In this document: piece by piece, positions 24,434 to 36,798 of the stretch
Layout: each line of letters opens with the position of its first letter
How positions within the stretch are numbered: position 1 is the stretch's first letter
DNA from: Octopus sinensis
Taxonomy: Eukaryota
Length of the DNA stretch: 64,000 nucleotides
Assembly: GCF_006345805.1 (NCBI RefSeq)
Contig: NC_043001.1
Location: 17,050,001 to 17,114,000, forward strand
Direction of reading: 5' to 3'
Program-made: the position numbers and the translations under genes
Notes under the pieces: model-generated
Database searches by the model: none
What the model was told of the DNA's origin: nothing
Seen by the model: only the letters and a program-made list of their open reading frames with translations

Positions 24434-24437
<4 letters not shown>
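24248..24437 (+). mobile_element. PLE pseudo-LTR family D
   Basis: GATCGTTAGCC...CTGTAGA..GAGCGTAG(G)CTCGAAAC...AACTCTCCC followed by (TA)n; six copies occur in the window. Confidence 0.7.
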
Positions 24438-24487
<50 letters not shown>

Positions 24488-24614
24488 TATATACATACGT
24501 AAACATCAATATATTTAAATGTTAGAGCTTGAAAAGAATAGAAAAAAGAGGAAGGTAATACCCAGTAAATGGAGTTGTGTTTGTTAATATATCTATCTTA
24601 CTTAAAGCTAAAGG

Positions 24615-25170
24615 CATGGGTGTGTGGTAAAAAGTTTATTTCTCAATCTCGTGATTCCGAGATCAGTCTCACCGTGTGGCACCTCGGGTAAGTGCCTTCT
24701 ACTATAGCCTACGGCCGACCAAAGCCTTGTGAGTGGATTTGGTAGATGGAAACTGAAAGAAGCCCGTCGTGGACCACTGAAATCTACAAGTTCTTTTCAT
24801 TCTCTCTCTGTTTATTTTCTCTTATTCCTTTCTGTTGAAGAGTGTCGGCTCGAAACGTAAAAGACTTTTTCATTTTTTCCCAAGCGTCAAAACTAATACA
24901 CTTGCTTGTTGTTCATACACCTGACCTCATCTTTTGTTTTTCTATAAAGTTCAACTATATGTATATGTGTGGGTGTGTGTGTGTTTGTGTTTGTGTGACA
25001 ACCAGTGTTGGTGTGTTTGTACCCCCATAACTTGGAGGCCAATAGAATAAGTACCAAGCTTATAAATAAATAAGTCCTGGGATTGATTCATTCGATTGAA
25101 ATATTCGCCAAGGTGGTGCCCCAGCATGGTCGCAGTCTAATGGCAGAAACAAGTAAAAAGAAGTAAAAGA
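24615..25170 (+). mobile_element. SINE family B split by a family D PLE fragment (24771-24957)
   Basis: The 5' half ends at GAAGCCCGTCGT (24770) and the 3' half resumes at the (TG)n after 24957. Confidence 0.75.
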
Positions 25171-26133
25171 TAACGATAAAGGAATGGTGGGGTGCGAGCC
25201 TTTTAATTAAATGGTAGATCTGTGATATAAATGCGTTTTATAGTGTATCATTCATCAGAGCAGCTATAGAAGAGATTTTGAAGGTATTGCTAGCATTTTG
25301 TCGGTCAACGATAACTGTGGTTGTATACCATACAATAACTGTACTAATTAATTTTAATTACGGAGGTGTATTTGCCAGGGAAGTCATTTGATCTGAAACA
25401 GTGTGTTGGAGCTAAAATGATCGCAGCGTGAAAGATACGTTAGCCATTGAAAAACTCACAAAGGCGGTTAACTTCGCGTAACGATAGAAGATATAACCAT
25501 GCCCCCCCACCACCAAAAATGCCCAAAGTTATATTTAATTTGCAATATTTAATCACTTGGCCAAAAGTCTGGAACAGAGATCTGAAAATTAGAATTTTTA
25601 TATTAAATGCCCAAAGTTATAGTTAATTTGAGGTTTTTAATTACTTGCTCAAAGATCAGGAAATTAGAATTTTTATATTAATTGCTCAAAGTTATATTTA
25701 ATTTGCAATATTTCTTGCAAATATATATTTAATTTGCAATATTTCTTGCAAATATATATTTAATTTGCAAAATTTCTTGGCCAAAATTTTGGAACATAGG
25801 TCTGGAAATTAGAACTTTTAAAGTAAATGTCCAAAAATAGACGTTGTATATATTTGAATCGAATTGTACTTGGGAATAACAATTTTAATTTTCAAAGGAT
25901 GCTCAAGACTTTTGTCCACGACTGTACAGCCTCAGAAGAGATGAAATTGTTAATAAAATAAAGTGGTTGAGTTATATTTTCCTTTAGACAACATAATGCT
26001 TTTTTTTTTAGTTTCCTGCTGGTTTGGATAATGCATGCAATCTTTCCTTTTTTAATTTGTTTTGCAATTATTTTTATGTCAAACAACTTGTTGAAACCAA
26101 TATTTTTATATTTTAGAAGAGTCACATTAGAAG

Positions 26134-26183
<50 letters not shown>

Positions 26184-26235
26184 CGGCTGTTGTTTGTCTA
26201 TATATTTTTTCACTTATCCTAAAAATAGTTATTGT

Positions 26236-26395
26236 GCAGGCGTGGCTGTGTGGTAAGAAGCTTGCTTTCCAACCACATAGGTTCAGTCCCACTGCATGGT
26301 ACCTTGGACAAGTGTTTTCTGTTATTACCTCGGTCTGACCAAAGCCTTGTGAGTAAATTTGGTAGACGAAAACTGAAAGACTGTGGTGTAAAATA
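26236..26395 (+). mobile_element. SINE family B 5' half
   Basis: Head and core match the consensus. Confidence 0.8.
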
Positions 26396-26405
26396 TATAT
26401 ACATT

Positions 26406-26592
26406 CGCCATGATTGATCGCTAGCAACTGAACACATTTTTCCTCCTCTTGTTTCTTTCTGTGTTCCTTTCTGTGGAAGAGCGTAGGCTCGAAACGTTAA
26501 AGACTTTTCAATTCCCGAGCGTTATACTAATACATCTGTTTGTTTTCTACACCACTTGTCTTCGTCTTTTGTTTTTTTCGTGAATTCTCCCT
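26406..26592 (+). mobile_element. PLE pseudo-LTR family D
   Basis: CTGTGGAAGAGCGTAGGCTCGAAACGTT; ends in (TA)n. Confidence 0.7.
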
Positions 26593-26959
26593 ATATATAT
26601 ATATAGATAGAGAGAGAGAGAGAGAGAGAAAGAGAAAGAGAGAGAGAGAGGGAGAGAAAGAGAGAGAAATAAAGACAAGGAAAGAGAGAGATACAGAGAG
26701 AAGAGAGAGAGAGAGAGAGTTATTGGTAAGGGATTGTCAATCCGGGCAAAATATTTTATAAGGTTTGATCACCAGGCTAACAATGTTGTTGAGATTAGTA
26801 AAAAAACTTCGCGTATTCTTTTGGCAGGGTCCGCGGTTATAGTTCGTCACCATTCTATATTGCAAAGCAGTGGTTGCGCTCCAGTCAAACTGGCTTTTAG
26901 ACAGAGTGATATATGAGGTATAAATAGTCGTCATTGCATATTTTCCGTTTATCTTAATT

Positions 26960-27198
26960 ATATGTGGCTTACGGCTGTTTCCAGTAGTCATTGCAGGTTC
27001 GTTACTGATAGGTTTCTCAATTGTTCTATTGATCAGTTGAGAAAAGTTGAACGACCGTTATAACCAGAAATGGCTCTGACGAATGTAGCATTATTTGTTT
27101 TTAGGTCGTTCAACTTTACTCAACTGATCAATAGACCAACTGAGAAACCTATAAGCAACGAACCTGCAATGACTACTGGAAACAGCTGTAAGCCATAT
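26960..27198. repeat. Inverted repeat with ~95-bp arms and ~47-bp spacer
   Basis: TGGCTTACGGCTGTTTCCAGTAGTC...GAACGACC / GGTCGTTC...GACTACTGGAAACAGCTGTAAGCCA. Confidence 0.9.
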
Positions 27199-27237
27199 TT
27201 ATTTCAACAAAGAGAAAATATGTTATGTCCATTATTT

Positions 27238-27425
27238 ATAGGAAGAGTTTACGAAAAAAAAAACAACAAAAGACGAAGACAGGTGGTGTACAAAACAAAC
27301 AGATGTATTAATATAACGCTCAGGAATAGAAACTGTCTTTTACGTTTCGAGCCTACGCTCTTCTACAGAAACGAACACAGAAAAAAAAAACAAGGGGGGA
27401 AACAAGGAGAGAAAAAATGTGTCAT
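27238..27425 (-). mobile_element. PLE pseudo-LTR family D
   Basis: Reverse complement of the family D sequence. Confidence 0.7.
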
Positions 27426-27963
27426 ATATACCTTGTCATATATTTATAGTGAGAGAGAAAGAAGTGGAGGTGTCAGTATGTTTACGTCCCCGTAGCCCAA
27501 GCGGTTCGCATAAGAGACCGATAGAATCAGTACCACCCGAAAAGAAAAAATCAGTGCCAACCTAAAAAGGAAAAAAAAGGTGATGCCCTAATATGACTGG
27601 TATCTAATGAGTGAAACAAGCAAAAGATAAAAAAGCAAAAGATATTCCCAAAATGTTTATTACCAAACTGATGTTGTGTCATTGTCAAGGGGTAAATATT
27701 TTCAAAGGGTTTAAACCCTCAACTGTTTTTATTGATGTTTCGTTACATCTCTATGGTATATTGTGAGGTCGCTCTTGAGCGCTACTGGTAACATGTAACC
27801 CAGTACAACTTGTCGCATGGTCAGGTTATCGGCGACTAAACTGGCGACCCCATCAATCTTGCTTCGTGAGGAGGCTGATTGTTGGACACCCTGCGGGACG
27901 AAAAGTAAGACCCGCGAAAGGGCGGAAGAACTACTGTGTAGTCAACGACTAATTCAACAAGTA

Positions 27964-28518
27964 TTGGGTTGTCCGGAAAGTTCGTGCCGATTTTTAAAGG
28001 AAAGAAAAAGGTCAATAAATACTTGCCATTACATTTTTAATCAACCAAATATGAACCATTTTGTTGCACAATGCGTCTCCATCTTTCTTTTAACTTGAGA
28101 ATACCCTCTTCCCAGAATTGAGGGGGTTTCATGGCAAAGAATTCATCAAAGTATCTTTTTACGTCATCCAAGGAATTGAAATTTTTACCATTAAATCTAT
28201 TCTGCAGAGACTTGAATAAGTGGAAATCCGAAGGAGCAATATCTGGTGAATATGGAAGGTGAGGTAACACATCCCAGCAATTTTTGTCTGGTTCCCAAAG
28301 CATCAAGTACCGAAAATGAACTTTCTTATCTTCTATTTTAAAGGGTTATAGAATTAACACAGGTTATAGGAACATAAACCTTCTTCCACGAAAAGATAGC
28401 TTAAACTGTGCTCTAAATGGAGGTGTAGTCAAATCCTATTTCATGGACTCAACCATGTTCTAAAATAAGTCGAAATGTAAGCTACTATAAATCGGCACGA
28501 ACTTTCCGGACAACTCAA
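27964..28518 (-). mobile_element. Internally deleted mariner (D,D34D type) with TIRs and TA TSD
   Basis: 30-bp TIRs TTG(G/A)GTTGTCCGGAAAGTTCGTGCCGATTT and TA on both sides. The C-terminal transposase fragment LPHLPYSPDIAPSDFHLF...ERWRRIVQQNGSYL lies at 28037-28306. Confidence 0.92.
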
Positions 28519-28976
28519 TACTTTGTCGCGGTGAAGTGCCTGTGTGCTCTATTGACCCGGAGAGCGATGCTGGAGGAAGAAAATTCTTCAGGCAGGTCTT
28601 ACCGGGCTACACAGGTCGAAGGGTAGGAGCCAGACAATACCTTAACGACAATAAAATGAAGCCTCGGCAACAGGGCGTGGATTTAGTTATCGGCAGGACC
28701 TAACAAGATCAGATTCCTGGCTTTGAACTAGTAGGATGTCATGCAAAGGATTTTGAATACAAGACAATGGATGAGACCCCAATATTCCTAGTTAAATGGA
28801 AACTGCGGGACCATATGGAGTAGCGCCCTGTGACTCCTATAGTATGCGCAACAGAAACTCCTAAACAGGTGTCCGATGGGAAAACCTAGATGAGAGGGAG
28901 AGAGAGAGATCTATGGTAAGCGTATGACTGATGCTATAATAATGCATTTGCGATTTTTAATATATTATTTTATCTT

Positions 28977-29363
28977 GAGGTAACGAGCTGGTAGAATCGT
29001 TAGCCAGGCCAAATGATTAAGGCCATTTCGTCAGTCTTTAAGTTCGAATTCGATAAAATAAGTACCAGTTGAACCCTGGGGTCGACGTAATCGACTAACA
29101 CCCTCCCCGACCTAAATTCCTGCCCTTGTGCCAAAATATCTTATCTTAAGGCAGCGAGCGGTCTGGGAGAATCGTTAGCACGCCGGACAAAGTGCTTAGC
29201 GGCATTTCGTCCGTCTTTAAGTTCTGAGTTCAAATTCCTCCGAGGTTGAGTTGGCCTTTCATACTTTCGGGGGTGGAGGTCGATAAATTGAGTACCAGTT
29301 GAGCACTGGGGTCGACTTAGCCCCTCCTCCGAAATTGCGGGCCTTGTACCAGAATTTGAAACC
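28977..29363 (+). mobile_element. Two adjacent short-tail SINE family A copies (28977-29135, 29148-29363)
   Basis: Two heads, each with a core and an AAATT..GCCTTGT.CC tail. Confidence 0.75.
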
Positions 29364-29391
29364 AGTATATTACCTTATCTTTCGTTTTATC

Positions 29392-29678
29392 ATTTACTTG
29401 TTTCACTCATCGGACACGGTCATACTGGAGCATGGCCTTGGATGGTTAAGTGGAATAAATTGATTCAAGTACCTATTTGTTTAACGCTTAATACATATAT
29501 GTCATCAGTCTGTTATTGTTGAGCCGTTAAATTATGGGGACGTAAACAAACCAGCATTGGTTGTGAAGCAGTGGCAGAGACAAACACAAACATAAAGGTC
29601 CATGCACTAGCACGCGCACGCACGCTCACACACACGCGTACACACACACACGCACACACACACACGCACACGCGCGCG

Positions 29679-29724
<46 letters not shown>

Positions 29725-29850
29725 CACGAGATGTTTATTTCAGATTCCACCAGTCTTCAGTTTCCCCGGAGTCATCGTAGCAGACTCTTGTGCAAGGTGC
29801 CACGCGGTGGGATTGAACCTGAAACCATGTGATTGGGAAGCAAACGACAC
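29392..29850 (-). mobile_element. Degenerate SINE family B
   Basis: Tail, internal (CA)n and head are recognisable. Confidence 0.7.
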
Positions 29851-29954
29851 AGCAATATTTTTTTTGTTTATATCCTTGTTGTTGCCTACATAAAGATACG
29901 TGTCTGTTATTTAGACGCATGCGCGCGCGAGTATCTGTGTGTATGTCGGTGACT

Positions 29955-29995
29955 GTGTAGTAGTAGTAGTGGTGGTGGTGGTGGTGGTGGTGGTG

Positions 29996-30050
<55 letters not shown>

Positions 30051-30052
30051 CG
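29955..30052. repeat. (TAG)n/(TGG)n microsatellite
   Basis: Read directly from the sequence. Confidence 0.95.
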
Positions 30053-30151
30053 GTGGAATTCGCTTGGTTTTAGATTCATAGTATTCTCATTTTTGTGGTA
30101 ATATATACCCGATCAATATTTAATATACAAGTATTTATATACATACAAATA

Positions 30152-30231
<80 letters not shown>

Positions 30232-30238
30232 TATATAC

Positions 30239-30315
<77 letters not shown>

Positions 30316-30325
30316 TGGATGGATG

Positions 30326-30380
<55 letters not shown>

Positions 30381-30499
30381 TATATCCAATATACAAGCTA
30401 TATGCATGATGAAAATCAATAATATTGATCGTCGATCTGAAATTGAAAACAACGCCAAATTTCGCACAAATTTGATGGAAATTAGATAACAACAGTGCC

Positions 30500-30508
30500 A
30501 TAATAATA

Positions 30509-30560
<52 letters not shown>

Positions 30561-30590
30561 GATAACGATAACAACAACAACAACAACAAC

Positions 30591-30656
<66 letters not shown>

Positions 30657-30666
30657 TAATAATAAT
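30500..30666. repeat. (TAA)n/(CAA)n microsatellite
   Basis: Read directly from the sequence. Confidence 0.95.
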
Positions 30667-31194
30667 TCCAGAAATACAGGCAATGGTAACAACAACTCTG
30701 GTCTTAACTCCAGCCCCACTATAGAGGTTGATGACAGCAATGCCAATAACCTTGAAAACTTCTACTACAACTCCTATGATAAATAATAGGATATGAAACT
30801 CATATACTTACTGTTCTATCATTTAATAAAAGAGTCATGGACCTCATTATGATGCGGAAAACTGAAGCAAAATTTACACTGGTTGAAAAGAAGCTTAGGC
30901 TGATTCTGAGACAATAGAGTCCGCCAACTTGGCATTAGAGTCAGAAACAGCCTGCAGATATCAAAGAAGCAAATTCAAAATAGGGGGATAGTTTGCTTTG
31001 CCACAGACAAGTCTGGGAGAAAGTGCGAACCGTTTGTCAAACTTTGTCTTGTCAATACAACCAACCACCCATTCTTCCATCCATATTTTTTAATTCACTT
31101 TTTTCCGTTCACTATTCTAAGAAATGGTGTTGAGGCAGAGACGTTAAGTATCTCCTCCATACGGTCATATCAGAAGCAACTATCATTAGTCTTG

Positions 31195-31480
31195 TGGTTG
31201 GATTCCCAAGCGTGACCAGCTGAGTCCTTGGATACTATCCAACTATTTCGTTCTTGGTCTACCCTTAAGTCTCCCACGGCTGGATCGGCTCAAAGGACCT
31301 GTCTTGTGTCAACTTCTTCGACATTCCAGTCACGAGTCGGTAGCACGAGAGCAATGGCCACTAAAAGCAGAAAAAGCAGCGGCTCGACCTGGGTAGACTT
31401 CTTGATCTCCGAGCTACTTACGTACCTTGTCGAGTAATGTTACTCCAAAGATCCTTCGGAGGAACCCCATTTCGGCCGCT
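31195..31480 (-). pseudogene. RTE-clade (Rex3/Expander-like) LINE C-terminal remnant
   Basis: Frameshifted AAEMGFLRRIFGVTLLDKVR.SSEIKKSTQVEPLL...GRPRT..LDSIQGLSWSRLGI. Confidence 0.7.
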
Positions 31481-32199
31481 TTTGTCCACGAAATGACAGG
31501 AGGTTCCTTAATGGTCACATAGGAATGTGAGAGGGCATCTTCCAATCAAAAGTCAAACAAAAAAAAATCAATGACATACCAGCATTATATGGGAATGATA
31601 AAAAATAAATCAGTCATTGATTCATTTACTAATATGTAAGACATTCCAGTTCATGAAATCACTTTGTATTCATGACATTTGCTCAGTGAGCACAACTGGA
31701 AATGTATATTAGAGAAAATGCACGGGGAAGCAATGTGGGATCATCACCGTAATCTGTATAGGAGAAACGATTCGTTGTTTAGGGAAAAGGTTTGCGGAAT
31801 ACGGGCGACAATACAATGAATAAGAGGGAATATCCGTACTCTATCAACATACTGTACTGAAACAACGTATTGATAGGAAATGTTGAAGTACAAATTATTT
31901 CCATACATCCGAAAGCTCCAACGTTAAAACAGATTACAAGAGTCAAATAGAAAAATCAGACATCCCAGCATGCACTCAATATAAGGATTGAATTCTTGCA
32001 ACAACATCACACGTAGCCAGACTCCTCAGTGCAAGAGCAAGAGTATGATAAAACTAAAACTAAAGTTACTTTATCATACATATTCTTATGTTGGGATTAA
32101 CATATGGAAATAAACAAGCAATTAAACAAAATAAAATTAATATTGTACTATGTCATCAGCTGTCACGCTTAGGTCTAAAATCATTTCAAAATATCTTCT

Positions 32200-33150
32200 T
32201 TCTTCTTCTTTTAGATGTCATGTCCTACCACAATTCTTTGTTCTTTGTTTATTATAACAATTTAATGCTTCTTTCTTTCAACCAATTCGTCAAGCTTGAC
32301 ATCCATATCATCCTTCTTCCTGTTTTTTTCCCTTCAATCTTTCTCGGCATCGCTAAATTCCCCAGGCCCTCTTTCCTCATTACATGACCAAGAAATCTCA
32401 GTTGCTTGGCCCTTATCTTATGAAGCAGGTTCCTCTTTACCGCAGCTCGGACCATCACTTCTTCATTAGACACTCTGTCCATGCTCTCCTCAATATTCTC
32501 CGCAAGAACCATATTTCACAGCTCTCCAAGTGCCTTCTCATTTCTGACATTATAGACCATGACCCACTTCCATACATTAACACATAAGTAGACATATAAA
32601 TTCAGTATACGGATCTTGGTTTTGATGCTGTTGCTGTTGAGCGAAGCGGCCTTCGTCCCAGTAGTGGGAGAAGTCCGAAACGTGATCCTTTGCTATTCGT
32701 AAGACCCGCACAAGAGAAAGCAGGTCGACCCCGACACCGAGAGCATCGACGGATGGATGAATGCGCATCCAGGCTCAGCGGTTGCGTAGGAAGTCGGGGA
32801 CAAGAAACAGGAAGAAAGAGTGAGAGAAAGTTGGGGCGAAAGAGTACAACAGGGGTCGCCACCACCCCCTGCCGGAGCCTCGTGGAGCTTTAGGTGTTTT
32901 CTCTCAATAAACACACAGAACGCTCGGTCTGGGAATCGAAACCGCGATCCTCCGACCGCGAGTCCGCTGTCCTAACCATTGGGCCATTGCGCCTCCATTT
33001 GGTTTTGATGCTCAAAATACAGTTTCCCAAGATGTTATACAATTTTAAGAATACAGATTTTGCCAGCACTATTGGTCTTTTCATCTATTTCACACATTTT
33101 GCATCTTCCGTTATCAAAGATCCAAGGTAGTTGAAGGATGATACTTTTCA
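32200..33150 (-). pseudogene. RTE-clade LINE RT/C-terminal remnant interrupted by a SINE
   Basis: FNYLGSLITEDAKC...AKSVFLKL...LSIKTK [SINE] IRIL...YGS.SW...CEIWFLRRIL...VSNEEV...QLRFLGHVMRKEGL, with a (GAA)-rich tail. Confidence 0.8.
32630..32998 (-). mobile_element. SINE family C head with alternative tail 3 and 14-bp TSD
   Basis: TSD TTGGTTTTGATGCT at 32616-32629 and 32999-33012. Confidence 0.85.
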
Positions 33151-33343
33151 CTGAGTGTATTTCGAAATGTATACTAACAGAAAATGTCGCATGATTAGCG
33201 AGGAACGAAAGATATTTTGGGGAACGATAAAAAAATACAAGCAACAACGGGCGATTGTGTTTTAACGGCTTTAATTACACGACTTTTCCGATATTGATTT
33301 CAATACACTTTGTATGCCTTACATCTTATACCTATTTATTTGT

Positions 33344-33915
33344 AAGGTGGCGAGCTGGCAGAAACGTTAGCACGCCGGGCGAAATGCGTAGCCGTATTTC
33401 GTCTGCCGTTACATTCTGAGTTCAAATTCCGCCGAGGTCGACTTTGCCTTTCACCTATTCGGGGTTGATAAATTAAGTACCAGTTACGCACTGGGGTCGA
33501 TGTAATCGACTTAATACCTTGTTTGTCCCCTCTGTGTGTAGCCCCTTGTGGGTAGTAAAGAAATACGTATTTCGTCTGCCGTTACGTTCTGAGTTCAAAT
33601 TTCGCCGAGGTCGACTTTGCCTTTCATCCTTTCGGGGGGGTCGATTAAATAAGTACCAGTTACGCACTGGAGTCGATATAATCGACTTACTCCGTTTGTC
33701 TGTCCTTGTTTGTCCTCTCTGTGTTTAGCCCCTTGTGGGTAGTGAAGAAATAGGTATTTCGTCTGTCTTTACATTCTGAAGTTCGAATTCCTCCGGGGTT
33801 GACTTTACCTTTCATCCTTTCAGGGCAATAAAATAAGTACCGTTTAATCACTGGGGTCGATTAAATCGACTTATTCACATCGCCTAAACTGCTGGCCTTG
33901 GGCCAAAATTTGAAA
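33344..33915 (+). mobile_element. SINE family A trimer whose last unit has the short tail
   Basis: Two long-tail bodies, then a body ending CTGGCCTTGGGCCAAAATTTGAAA. Confidence 0.85.
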
Positions 33916-33994
33916 TTATTATTATACTTTGGTTATAAGAATAAGTAAATCTCAGAATATTTTTTGATAAAAAAAGGCAATAAAACAAATATAT

Positions 33995-34625
33995 CACAGG
34001 CGTGTCTGCCTCCCAATCACGTGGTTCTAGGTTCAGTCCCACTGCGTGGCACCTTGGGCGAGTGTCTTCTACTATAGCCTCGAGTCGACTAAAAGCCTTT
34101 TGAGTGAATTTGGTAGACGGAAACTTAAAGAAGCCCGTCGTATATATATAAATATATATATGTCTGTGTGTGCGTGTGTGTGTGCGTGCATGTTTGTGTG
34201 CGTGTGTGTGCGTGCGTGTGTGCGTGCGTGCGTGTGTGTGTTTGTGTGTGTATGTGTATGTGTGTATTTGTGTCTGTGTTTGTCCCCCCCACCATCTCTT
34301 GACAACCGATATTGGTGTGGTTACGTCCCCGTAACTTAACGATTCGGCAAAAACTGACCGATAGAATAAATCTTGGAGTCGAATTGTTCGATTCAAAATT
34401 TGGTGCTCCAGCATGGCATTAGTAAATTGACTGGAACAAGTAAAAGAATAAAAGAATTTTCTCCATTCGTTACGTCCTCGTAACTTAGCGGTTCGGCAAA
34501 AACTGACCGATAGAACAAGTACTAGGCTTACAAAGAATAAGTCCTGGGGTCGAATTGTTCGACTAAAAGTTGGTGCTCCAGCATGGCAGTAGTCAATTGA
34601 CTGGAACAAGTAAAAGAACAAAGGA
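33995..34625 (+). mobile_element. SINE family B with a tandemly duplicated 3' half
   Basis: The tail region is repeated at ~34460-34625. Confidence 0.75.
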
Positions 34626-35139
34626 ATTAATTTTCTCCATTCGTTATTAGAAAACGATAGATAATGATTAAAAATTTCCGTTAAGCAATGTTTATGAAGT
34701 ACCGTGTACTAAGGATGCCACATTTATAATTCAGCTTAAGAAATAATGCTTAGCTCGATGTTAACATATTTAATGCAGGGAGCATTTAGAAGCTAATGTT
34801 ATACAGGCATACATATATTAGTATGTGTATATATACATGTATGTGTGTGTCTGTGTGTGTGTGTATTGATGTATGTATTTGCGTATCTAAATATTTCTTT
34901 ATTCATTAATGCAGGGATATTATACGTAGGAGGTGTATATGAATAAATCTTTTGGATAGCGAAAAAATAATTGCGTGGGCACCATGTTCTTCTGAAAAAC
35001 AAATCAATGATCCGGTTGCGATACATATCGCTGATATGGCGCCGTTTTTATCATCCTTGACTGAGAAAATGAATATCTGGGCTCTATATTTGGAAACTCG
35101 CTACATTGTATCCCATTCTCTACCATCCATCGATCCTTT

Positions 35140-35356
35140 GACCTCTCGATCTCTTGACCTCACGACCATACCACCTTACGACCTCAGAAACTCTCGACCT
35201 CTCGATCTCACGACTTCTCGTTCTCGCGACCTCTCGATTTCACGACTTCTCGTTCTCGCGACCTCTCGATTTCACGACTTCTCGTTCTCGCGACCTCTCG
35301 ATCTCACGACTTCTCGTTCTCGCGACCTCTCGGCCTCCCGATCCCTCGACTTCTCT
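35140..35356. repeat. CpG-rich minisatellite: 4 x 32-bp units built from 8-mers
   Basis: Unit CTCTCGAT-TTCACGAC-TTCTCGTT-CTCGCGAC at 35199-35326, with degenerate 8-mer flanks. Confidence 0.9.
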
Positions 35357-35996
35357 CCTAACATCTCCATGATGATATTGGTAATCATTTTCTTTAACAC
35401 TTTGTGCCTCTCGCCCTATATAATGACTGCAAGGGGTCATTAAGCAGAGCGAGAAATTTGGTGAAAACAATATTGTTGGGGCTGCCCCCCCCCCCAGCAA
35501 AGTATGCAATCCGACATTCTATCGCCATTTGGATCCAAGACTTCCGGTTAGATAATGCCACCACTGTGACCTGTGCTGCGAATGTTCTCTCTTACCCATA
35601 CACTATCCATTTCAGTGACCCCCGGTGTCAGACACTATCTTCACTGGGGACCTCTTTCTGCAAACACACATTCTCATCATAGCAACAACTCTATCGGAAA
35701 GACCGATCTTCCTCTTCAAGAGCAGAAAATATCAGCTTAATGTTCTACCATTCTCAATCAACAACCATGATTGAATATTATTTCCATATATGGGTCGGTG
35801 CTACAGCTGTACATATAGATTTTCTATACCTCAGTCGAACACAATCACCATCGAAGTTGAATCAATAACCAGAAGAGAGATGCGGTTGTGAGTTTAAATA
35901 GGTTGAGTTGACCAGCAATTGATTTTTGATGATACAGTGGGTCAGAATAAACATTCTGCAGCGTCGAATAACCAGACTGCTATTCACTTAAAAATC

Positions 35997-36412
35997 TATT
36001 TTTTACTACCCACAAAGGGCTAAACACAGAGGGGACAAACGAGGACAGACAAACGGATCAAGTCGATTATATTGACCCCAGTGCGTAACTGGTACTTATT
36101 TAATCGATCCCGAAAGGATGAAAGGCAAGGTCGACCTCGGCGGAATTTGAACTCTGTACGTAAAAACAGACGAAATACCTATTTCTTTATTGCCCACAAG
36201 GGGCTAAACATAGAGGTGACAAACAAAGACAGACATAGGTATTAAGTCGATTACATCGACCCCAGTGCGTAACTGGTACTTAATTTATCGACCCCGAAAG
36301 GATGAAAGGCAAAGTCGACCTCGGATGAATTTGAACTCGGAACGTAACGGCAGACGAAATACCGCTAAGCATTTCGCCCGGCGTGCTAACGATTCTGCCA
36401 GCTCGCCGCCTT
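35997..36412 (-). mobile_element. SINE family A dimer with 9-bp TSD
   Basis: TTAAAAATC at 35988-35996 and 36411-36419. Confidence 0.85.
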
Positions 36413-36730
36413 AAAAATCGGCGATGGCAAAGTACACACTCACTTAACCTCTTCTATACTCCTCACTGTGTCTCTCTTTTATCTCCACGCATGCTATCTA
36501 GCTAAATTACTGAAATGAGCACAATATTCTTAACAAAATCGGTCCGTAACATTAATATTATTTTTCCGACTTAATTTTGTCATTTTATTTTCTTGGAACA
36601 GATGTATTCCGTTTCCAGCTATTATCAATGAAACACATGATGAACTCATACGACAAACTGTGATATTTGTTTGGACGCTATCATCCTTGTTAAATTTATC
36701 ATGTGAATATATATATATATATATATATAT

Positions 36731-36796
<66 letters not shown>

Positions 36797-36798
36797 TT

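Noticed and set aside
34952-35443. 163-aa ORF
   Set aside because: Its length comes largely from the stop-free minisatellite, and it has no recognisable domain.
36602-36705. Possible exon (CIPFPAIINETHDELIRQTVIFVW...)
   Set aside because: The phase is incompatible with the 702 donor, and there is no homology evidence.
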